The translations under genes were made by a program, and so were the position numbers. The notes under the pieces were generated by a model, which saw nothing but the letters and a program-made list of their open reading frames with translations, did no database searches and was not told where the DNA came from. Below are positions 54,459 through 64,000 of a stretch of 64,000 bases of DNA, piece after piece. This DNA is from Saccostrea echinata (lineage: Eukaryota): the NCBI RefSeq assembly GCF_033153115.1, contig NW_026889765.1, positions 1,612,001 to 1,676,000 of the forward strand, written 5' to 3'. How positions within the stretch are numbered: the stretch's first letter is position 1; each line of letters starts with the position of its first letter.

Positions 54459-57400
54459 TCACAAATGTTTGTAATTTGATATAACTTGTTCCAAGGTAGC
54501 AAACCCATCCAGAAAATCATCCTCAGTAAGTCCATGTTTTGCATACTGGTGCACATAAGCTCTCGCAGAAAACATGTCCCAGGCTTTACCCACCATAGCG
54601 TCCATCTCTCCCACAGGTGACTTACTGTTCGAGATCAGAGATGCAGATTTCTCATAGTGATTGAAAGCTCTTGGTTGTACGCCTGTCATCAGAGTGGCAT
54701 CTGGTGGAATCCACGGAACATAGAGGGCAGAGTCTGAGAATGGTCCAGTGTCTGCAGATACTGATTCCTTGCCTCTCAGTAACAGAAGATTGGCCAGAGA
54801 AGTGTTGTGTTGAGATCCTCGGGAACTTACTTTGACTTGCCAATCAATACCTGTATAAAAAAATTAATTCAATATTGATGCAGAATTCTTATAAAATCTA
54901 TTATACACTTCATAAGTTTTTACACAATTATGAGTAAAATTGATAAAAATGGAAAAATATGTTTTGTATATGTATACCAGAGTTGTGCCCCTTGTCACAA
55001 TATTTCTTCATTTATATACAATCTTGTGATCAGCATGACTAACCAAAAACAAAACAAAATTTAAAAAAAAAAAAAACTAAACAAAAAAACCCAAAACATC
55101 TAGATATTCAAGGTAATGATGTTGAAACTTGTATAGTTGAATAGTTAAAACCATGATATCACCTCAACATACCCCATGTATGCCAAATTATCGTTCAAAA
55201 TACTGAATCAAATTTCCAATGTACAAGAAGACAAGAATATAGAATTATTCATTTAGTGGCAAGCACATGAATAAACTTTAAGTAAAACTCAAATTTTTAA
55301 AAATAACTTACCCTCTTCCATCGGAGCATCAGAAATCAGCATTTGTCGGAGGTGCTTCAGCAGACCATGCCATTGGTACGTGCTGAACTCCTGGGCCGCT
55401 GCTGACATCTGGGGAATGTTTTTGATGGTCAGGAGTTTATAATCTGGATGTGGCACTAGATGTTCCAACATTTCACCTTTATCAAACAATATACATGTCA
55501 ACAGTGTCACAAGATCATGAAAGCCTAATCTATGTGAGAACCAATCACATGTAATACATAATCTAAGGTACAGTAAAACTTATTTATACAGAATCATCAC
55601 TGCACTGACCACCCAGTTAAGTAAAGTAAAACACTTGAGAAAATTATACAATATTACATTAATATACAGCTCTAATACTATGTAGAATTTTTACTGTGGT
55701 TCACCCTAAATGAAGCTTGGCATTCATGTACTTTAGCTAGTAGGTTCTCATTTTTTAGCAAATGTATCAAATAGGAAGCCAATAATGAATCAATCATTCC
55801 AGAAAATTAATGTTTCATAAAATCAAAGGATAAAGTCATATTCAGTTGTTAAAAACCTTAATTTTTACCTGTCCATAAATTTCTAGCTGTTCTTAAATAA
55901 ATAAAATATTACCTATAGAATTAGAACAAATATCCCCTGTGAATTTGTTAAGTGGACATGGTTGCAGCATAGTGGCTAATTTATGGCAGATGACTTTGTT
56001 AATGTCTTTGAATGAAATCTTCTTAATGTTCAAAAGTTGCTGACATATCTTATGAAGATGGTCATTTTCCATGACAACAATCGCATCCACAGTGTGATAT
56101 AACCGTGACAACGTCAAGAGAGCATTATAATTCTGCACAATGACTTCTCCAGTTTTATATGGCCACACCACTTGGTTCATGATAAATGCATGTGGAAATT
56201 CATCTCTCAAACAACGAGTCACATATGCCCCCACTCCTGATCCTGTGCCTCCTGCAAGACTCATAAGGGACAAGAATCCTCCAAGGTTATCACATTTTTC
56301 TGCTTCACGTCGGACTAATTCCATAACTGTGCTCTGACATGCTGGTCCGTGGATGCAGTAGCCATGGGCCCAGTTGTTGCCTGATCCTCGCTGCTGGCAG
56401 TAATTCTGTTTCTCTGAGTAGCTCCATCTCCCTGAACGTTTGGCATCCTGATATGTTTGAGCTATCACCTTGAAATCATTTACATTGGCATATAAAATAT
56501 TTCTTAGTTAATTTTAAGTTTAGCCTGGAAAAAAGGATAAATTATATTCTTTTCAAACATTTCAATTTCATAAAGTTTTTCTACTTATAAAAGAAAAAAA
56601 TCTATGAAATATATACTTTTATGAATTTTCACTTTGATACAACCTTTGGCTATATACTGAGTATCTTTAGCTATACCTTTGGCTCCATGTCCACCATGAC
56701 AGCTCGAGCTTTTGGAGTTCCCTCCCCTGATTCTCCACAGTAAAAAAATCGGGACAGAACCTCACTTTTGTACTCATCGTTTTTGTCAGGAGCCACCTAA
56801 AAGTGATAATGAAAGTCTACATATATTTTTTTAGAATGCCAAATTATATATTAATTACAATTACTTTTCTGCTCACATAAGAAAGACCATAACAGTGGAT
56901 GTAAAAACGTTTTTAAAAGGGCACAGTTAGTCTAATTATCCCAAATTTGCCAAAGAAGTTTAATCTTTTTAAGTCTGCTCTATCTGTTGGCGATATTAAA
57001 GAAATCTAAGTCCTGGATATGTCAAGTATACAGTCATGCCTCGCTGACCCAGATGCTGTGTTCCCAAGAAAATAGTCCAGATTAATGAAGCTCCTGGATT
57101 ACTGAATGATACCTTTTATATTTAGTAGAAATAAATGTCACAGGTGAGGGAGAAGAATGTGACAGATAAGACAGGGATTCGAACCCAGGCCCCCTGGATC
57201 TCCAGTCAGGTGCTCTACCAAATGAGCTATCTGGCCACTGGCAATCAAACCAGTCTAGCTGCCACATAAATATAAATTCCAATATTCCCACAAATTTTGT
57301 CCAAAAGGTAAAGCATCAAGATTTATCATTATTGTTTACAGATGGAGGCTGCATGTACCGGGGTATATCCAGCAAATCATCACATACAACACATACTACA

Positions 57401-57610
57401 TGTACTAGTTAGAATAATCTGTGTCTCGTGTCAGAACCGTAGGACATTTATCATTTAAACGATAGAACACTCTATCTAAACACATGCTGGCCTCTAATAA
57501 CTGACCTGTGTAGCTAGTGGTTTAGAATGGACATCATCCATAAATGTATGGAACAGCTGACCACCAATTTGGTTTCCGCATTGTCCTAGTTGTACTGTAA
57601 TTATTGACAT
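54459..57610 (-). CDS. TUBD1: Tubulin delta chain, 5 coding exons, ~445 aa
   Basis: Exons 57506-57610, 56677-56796, 55913-56468, 55312-55476, 54459-54850 (1338 nt). Motifs: [47 protein letters not shown] and the delta-type C-terminus [19 protein letters not shown]. Confidence 0.95.
57137..57236 (-). mobile_element. tRNA-derived repeat / pseudo-tRNA head in a TUBD1 intron
   Basis: GGCCAGATAGCTCATTTGGTAGAGC (A box) ... GGGTTCGAATCCC (B box). The acceptor and anticodon stems are imperfect. Confidence 0.7.
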
Positions 57611-57816
57611 TATCATGTATTTCCATCCCCTATTTGTTCATTTGTTCTGCAAAGTGGATCGATCTGGCATACTTTTGGTTCGTTCGATGATCTGTTGAAT
57701 ATTACTTCAGTTTCTATGCCCGTACCCACTTCTCTAAGCTAAGGAATACAAATTACATGTTACTAATTAATTGCAGAGTTCATTTTCTCCAACATGTGAA
57801 ACAACAAATTGATATA

Positions 57817-57990
57817 CAGTTGAACTTCGGTGTCTTGAACACTGATATCTCAAATACCATGGATATGTCGAAGTGATTTGCAAATCCCAACCGCTATTCC
57901 TAAAGTATTTTACCCTGGATATCTTGAATACTCGGATATCTCGAAGTATTTTCTTGGTCCCATCGAGTTCGAGAAAACGAGGTTTCATTG
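57817..57990. mobile_element. Small TA-flanked MITE (Tigger/pogo-like ends)
   Basis: TA|CAGTTGAACTTCG ... CGAGGTTTCATTG|TA. A second family member ends at ~54228. Confidence 0.75.
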
Positions 57991-58423
57991 TACATGATAT
58001 ATAGATGATTTAGTTGAAAGGCATACACAGTTGATTTAATTACCATAATAAAACTTTCAAAATAATACATGTAACTTTAGGCAATCGAAATAAAATGAAA
58101 ATTGAAAGTAAAAGATTGATATGCACTATTACATCCTGAAACAATTCGTTCAAACGTACATTTATGGGAAGCTAACTTAGTGAGTCTCATGAAATATAAA
58201 GTGTCATGATTCCGAGATCAATGTCCGAAATTAACAGTCCCCCGTCCTTAAAACATCGTCAGAGGCTGTTTACCATCGATACGATTTTCAACCTGTCTTT
58301 TCTCCGGATTTAGTTTGGGTTTTATATTTCCCGCATTCGCGATCGCTACTGCGTTTTAAGATTAGACTAGACATGGTCAAGATGATTGCAGGATATTGAC
58401 GCTGACATTATCAAAAAAAAAAA
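57991..58423. promoter_or_regulatory. Putative bidirectional promoter TUBD1/MRPL50
   Basis: Divergent genes whose ATGs are ~810 bp apart. The stretch 58200-58400 is locally CpG-richer. The TUBD1 ATG exon has an upstream acceptor, implying a non-coding exon here. Confidence 0.5.
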
Positions 58424-61400
58424 ATGAGTTTGGCAAGGACGGCACTTTCCACACAACTATTTTCAGTAGTTGGCAAAGCAGCATATGTAAGTATATACAC
58501 TTCCATCAATTTTTTAAAGTCATGGTGTGCTTTAAAATCACTGTCACTCAAGACAAGCTTCTTTTCATTTCGGACTTTTCAAACTAACAGATCTATCTTA
58601 GTCTTGCTACAGATTTTGGGGGTTAGTAATATTCCTATGCCCCCCCCCCCCCAAAAAAAAAAGGGAGAGAGGGGGTATACTGGAATTATCATGTCCGCCC
58701 ATGTATATGTCTGAAGATGCAAGATTAAGCTCAGTGATTTTATGGATAACCTTCAGGGTTATCTCAAAGCGGCATCTGTATCTGTAAGGTATACGTTGTA
58801 GATACCAATATGGTTCCCACGTGGTGCAGTGGTCAGAGCATTCGTTATAGAGTCGTCATGTAAGGAGTTGATCCTTACATTGCAGGTTCGAATCCCACTG
58901 CGGGGCGTGGAGACTGGTCCTTCGGATGAGACTGCATGTCTAAACCATGGTCCTGTGTTGCAGTAGGTGCTGGCATAGGGGCTTGTCTTCCGGATTGTTA
59001 AATATAAAATCAATTTTAAAAATTTTGAATCTTCTTTAGTGTATTTAGAGATTCTGACACTTTCAGTCAAGAAAAACCACGTTTAAAAAAGACGTACCAC
59101 ACCTATATACATAAACTCTACAAGGGACGAAAGCTCATTGACCTCAAAAGAACAGAAGTTTACAAAATCGCAAGGGCAGATAATCAGTGTATAGGGAAAA
59201 CTCAGAGGGTAATTGAAAGCGAATGGTAACACCCAAGGACTTCCAGTTTCCCGGAAAAAATGTTTACCGACAAGAAAAGACAGTGAAAATGATAAATACT
59301 GGCTAAAGTTTGGTTTTCAGGGGCTAAGGCGGCACCCGGAAGACATATTATTTAATGTATAACTAATTTGTTACATAATTTACAGGACACTTGCTATACA
59401 AGCGCGCTATATGTTATACCACGATTATCGCCCTTCCAAAATTACGATGCAACCATGTAAACTTCTGTTCTCCCAGGTCGATTTAGAAAAATGAGCCCCA
59501 AATTGAAGAAATTATATCCGTCTTCTGTTGATTAAACACGTGTTGATAACTGACAAACGCATCAACATTTAGGAAAATCATCACTCTATGGGACAGAACT
59601 ATGGCAACGAAATAAATTAATGCTTTAGAATCCAGAAATAGGCACTGGAGTGGGTTGGGGAATTTTTTCCAAGATGAGAGCTTTTGTCCCTTGTAGAGTT
59701 ATTATAGGTGTGGTACGTCTTTTTTAAACGTGGTTTTTCTTGACTGAAAGTGTCAGAATCTCTATTTTAACAACTTTTAAGTGTATTTAGAGAAGATTCA
59801 AAATTTTTAAAATTTATTTTATATTTAACAATCCGGAAGACAAGCCCCTATGGGTGCTGGCACAAAAAAGATTCCTCACTGCTCAATGGCCCTGAGTGCC
59901 AATTATAGGTATAAATTTGCAGTCCTCCACTGGCAAGTTGTGGCTTCTCCTATGAGTGGAAAATTGTCAAGAGGGACGTTAAACAACAAAAACAAACAAA
60001 CAAACAAAACCAAAATGGTTCTTTTCACAACGAAATATATACAAATCAAACTTATACAAATAACACTTGCATCTGTTGGCATTTCATAGATGCATGTTTT
60101 GATTGTGACCCAAGGAGGGGGAGGGGTATCAATCGCTTTATGACAACTCTATATTTTCCTATCATTAGTCATAGCCTCATGCAGAGATAAGATAAAAAAT
60201 GGGTAATGAATTTAAAGAGCCCCTTATCAGTAAAAGACTAAAACAATTTTAATTTTTGTTTTTTTAGCCAGGATATGTACCAAGTTGTAACAAAAGAATC
60301 TGGTTTAATTTCTTGAGGAGGAGAATTGAAGAGGATGTAGTTCCACGAGACTTTGAACCACAGCCTGTTGTGCAGTTTGATGATTATACAAGGAATAATC
60401 TGAAAAAAAGAACGTAAGATTCATTGAAGAGTTCTTTGGGATTTTAGTTTAACCAAGCACAGTAATTTGAAAATGTTTAATTTAAGTTTATATGTGATGA
60501 AAAACTAATTTTAATATCTTTTATACTTTTATTTATGTTCAGTAGACATAATCTGTCCTTTTAGATTCTTGTGAACCCTTTCAAGGATTTTTTAAATTTA
60601 TATCCTATCAGTATAACTTGAAATTAAACGATGAGGATAATGTATATGAATGTTTTATATAGTATTTCATTCAAGATAAATGTTCTTCCAAATGCAGATC
60701 CATTCAGACCCATCGTGCTTACATGCCTCCAGAGAATGTGGAAAATATAGTGCTTCGTATTGTAAAGGGAGTATATGGAAAGGAGGTGGACATACAACAT
60801 ATAGATTTAGACCAAGACAGGAGAAAGAAATTTATGGTAAGCAGATGATTGTAATAATTCTTACTAAGTTTAATGGGTATCAGCTTTTATATTCCTGCCT
60901 TATAAACATATGATAATTTTGTCAGTCTGTGAATTATTTACAGTGTTTTTTTTTCTTTTAATAACTTAATCACTCTTCCCTACAATATTTCTGTTACCTG
61001 TGGCAAGGAGATTGTGTTTTGATATAGATTTATATTTGTTGGCAGGATTATTATAAGCAAAATTACCAAAGATTGATCTCATAGCTGACATCAATTGATT
61101 AAATTTTTGAAGAGACTAGGCAATTTATCAAATGTATTTTGTATCCTTTTGGGTAGATTGCTCAGCTTCTAAAAAAAAAAATGGAGATAAATTTTGAAAT
61201 GACCATTCAGTAGTTGTACCACATGTGAATATTCTTTGTTTTACATATGTATTATCATGAAATTTGGTCCAAGAATTAAAAAAAAACAAACTAATACACC
61301 ACTGTGTAGCATAAGTTCATCATAAATTCTTTTTATTTCATAGGTTCTTACCAGAATGATGAAGGAATTTGACCACTGTATACCGAACACTGACTTACAT

Positions 61401-61733
61401 GATATGAAAACTATTGAGCAAGCTGTGGAATTCTTCAAAAAAGAAATTAAAGACACTTCATGTTTGGAAGATCTAACAAAAGTAGACTTACCCAAAAACC
61501 TTCACATCAACACAGAATACATTCGTTATGATCGTGACGGAAATTCACTATGGCCTGGGAAAGACGCCTTCCCAGGACAACAGACAAAAGTGTTCAGCTC
61601 CAAATTTTCTAGGAAATACAAAGTTATTGACAAATCTAAAGACAAATATAAGTACAAATTAGATAGGAAAACATTCTTTGAAGAACAAAAAGAAATCAAT
61701 GATTTTATGTACAAATATGCATCAAAAAGATAA
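58424..61733 (+). CDS. MRPL50: Mitochondrial ribosomal protein L50 (mL50)
   Basis: Exons 58424-58486 (MSLARTALSTQLFSVVGKAAY, presequence-like), 60268-60413, 60698-60836, 61344-61733, with consistent phases. Motifs RAYMPPENVE, KF..L....DHCIPNTDLHDMKTIEQAVEFF and LPKNLHI match mL50. Exon 1 is less certain than the rest. Confidence 0.85.
58812..60008 (+). mobile_element. tRNA-derived SINE (bivalve Meta-core type), split by a TIR element
   Basis: A box TGGTGCAGTGG (~58822), B box GGTTCGAATCC (~58885), core CCTGTGTTGCAGTAGGTGCTGGCAC..AAAGATTCCTCACTGCTCAATGGCC and an (AAAC)n tail. Confidence 0.78.
58974..59852. mobile_element. Non-autonomous DNA transposon, ~130-150-bp TIRs, perfect 8-bp TSD (hAT- or P-type)
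   Basis: GGTGCTGG|CATAGGGGCTTGTCTTCCGGATTG ... CAATCCGGAAGACAAGCCCCTATG|GGTGCTGG. Confidence 0.88.
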
Positions 61734-63200
61734 AATTGTTAGAAATTCTCAGTGTTCTTTTTCGGAAAGGGAGGGTGGGGGTTAGGGGGATTAATGCAAA
61801 CAGTTTTTCTTTGCTGAAAGCAACTTGGTTTGTATTTATTCTGGAATTAAAATTTCTCAATAGATGAATCTTACATTCTTCAGTCACTTTTATGATAATT
61901 TCTCAAATATTTATTCTTAAACAGGATGTAGCAAAGCTGTGTACTGATGACTAATCATTGCAAACAAGATTTTCATGTTTCCAGTAAATTGTAACAAATG
62001 TATAGGCTTGTTAACATGGATTTTTGTGAAGAGAAAATTTGATAAAATGACCCTTTTTTGTATTCAATAAAACTACTGCTGATATTTTGCTGTCTCTCAA
62101 TTCTGTTTCACAGCATAACCTGTGTCACTGAGCTGATATAACATCAATATTCATATTTTATATTTTAAACATAAGAGATTGGAATCAGTGATGTTATAAT
62201 TGAGCTGTAATATTGAGATACCAAAGAAATGCTACATTGATATTATCATTGACATTTTCCTTAATTTACAATGTCACAGGAAAGGAGAAAACTGCATTAT
62301 TAGTCAGACACTCCAATCACCGAGCCACCCAGGCCAACAACCCCTGGTCCATACAACCCAAACCACCACATTATCAAACCATGGTCATGGCACCGAACGT
62401 AACAAGAAAGGAGAAAATGTGACAGAGCAGATAAGTCAGGTGCTCCAATCACTGAGCAAACCCCACCCACCCCCACCCCCACAACCTTTAGGCACAGCAC
62501 AAAATGTAACAAGAAAGGAAAAATAAGAAAAAAATGATGGCAGAAATCTTCCCACTGTACAGTATTTCAAGTGTGCACAAATAGCTGACTTCAACAACTT
62601 GTCTATGTACCACATGTGGTAAATGATAGTAAAAAAGAAAAAAAAAAACGCATAAAAACGTGAAACTTAGTTTAATTTTTATAATAAATACATATTTAAA
62701 TGTTGAAACAAGATATATACATAATAACACAAAACAGCTGTGGTTTGTATAGAAAATATGCTTTATTCTGCATTTTAAATTGCAGTTCAATGTACGGTAC
62801 TAAAAATATAGTTTAAAACCAGCAGTCTTGCTTTATCAATTGCATGTAATGCGTTGTTAACACAGCTTAGCATTGGCAGTCTCTGAAGAAAATGAATAGC
62901 ATAAAAACAATACATCAGCATCAATTGTAATTAAACATTTACAATTTCTTATCACAGCAGCGTAATATAACAGAAGGTGATGGAGCATCAAAATAGATGT
63001 CAATACAGCAGATATTATTCATTTCTATACAGTGTATTTAGTTTTGACATGTTATAAATCTCGAACATAAACCACAAAGCACCAAACAGCACTCGGTCTT
63101 TGCTTGGTATGGGTATTATTTTGCTTTGATAAAAATCTCCATTTAAATTTTTTTTTGTTTTAAAATGTCAATTATGCTGTTCGTCCTAGGTCATGTGATC

Positions 63201-64000
63201 CTAACGCGTCGTATCTGATTGGTGAGTTGAAGCAGCAACATTTCCGCCATTGTTTTCCCTCATTTTTATTGTGTGCTCAATCAAAGAAATACACACAAAG
63301 ACCCAGTTGTACATATTCTGAGCAGGAATGGATCCAAATTTTCCAACTTCTCCATGGGGTACATCTATATAAAATAATATAATGATAATAATTGTATGTT
63401 CTATTCTGATATTCAAAGGTTAGTATGTTAACCATATCAAGGTTCTGAGACATTTAAGGAAATACAAAATATTTATTACCATTTGATGATACACAATTTC
63501 CCTTCCATGAAGTAATTTTAAAAATGATGAAATGTATACAGTATAAGTAAAAGGCACCTTTTAAGAAGACTTCTAGTTTCTCTGGTGGTATGAGAGCGTG
63601 GTCACTGGCTGCTGTTGGGTCATACTCTGTTATCTTCTGTAGCAGTTCATTGTTGACATACTACAATTAAATCTTTTACCATAACAAGACATTCAATAGA
63701 ACAGGAAATAATAGAATCATTAATTTCTGCAACTGACTCTTTCAAATCTAAATGTCTAAAAAATAAAAGTCGCTTTTTCCATAAAGAAAGTGATTCGCAA
63801 GATATTGATCAAGGTTAGAAAAACTCTTTGGCAACTAGTGTATTTTTCAGTTCCATCAAGACCAAAAGAAATCAGCATACAATGACTTACATTTCTTAGA
63901 TTGGTCCAATCATCCACTTCTCCACTTTCCACCTGGTCCAAGTGGAAAATGGCCACCACAGCCTTGACAATGTTCTGCACTATCTTGGGAGGCTCATTGT
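63201..64000 (-). CDS. 3' end (last 3 exons) of an unidentified protein ending in a dynein microtubule-binding-domain-like region
   Basis: Exons 63891->64000 (runs off the window), 63558-63660 and 63201-63364 are GT-AG and phase-consistent. Translation: [124 protein letters not shown]. Confidence 0.75.

Noticed and set aside
57163-57236. Functional tRNA gene
   Set aside because: The acceptor stem and anticodon arm are imperfect, and the sequence continues into a repeat-like tail. Treated as a tRNA-derived repeat.
59386-59456. Alternative first coding exon of MRPL50
   Set aside because: It lies inside a TIR transposon, and 58424-58486 joins the next exon in phase without it.

Overview
AT-rich, intron-containing animal genomic DNA, most likely from a bivalve (oyster-like). 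That assignment is an inference from Cg170-like satellite monomers inside Helentron-type elements and a Meta-type tRNA SINE. Genes reconstructed by hand from GT-AG junctions and recalled homology: NDUFS8 (-, 6 coding exons) head-to-head with UBE3B (+, 29 coding exons, 1068 aa); an intronless B-box/coiled-coil/NHL gene nested antisense in a UBE3B intron; an intronless GT31/B3GALT-like gene; TUBD1 (-) head-to-head with MRPL50 (+); and the 3' end of a gene ending in a dynein stalk-head-like domain. Introns hold many MITEs, Helentron-type elements, SINEs and a degenerate 5.1-kb Ngaro-type tyrosine-recombinase retrotransposon. Two observations stand out. (1) The YR retrotransposon has clean junctions but no terminal repeats I could find. 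Its 3' region instead carries a ~290-nt structured element with two tandem tRNA-sized cloverleaves (different stems, identical 15-nt core), plus a 10-mer complementary to its own insertion flank. (2) At least four tandem repeats in UBE3B are amplified copies of the gene's own splice junctions, giving ~38 decoy acceptors and ~80 decoy donors. All analysis was by eye, with no searches or folding programs run.
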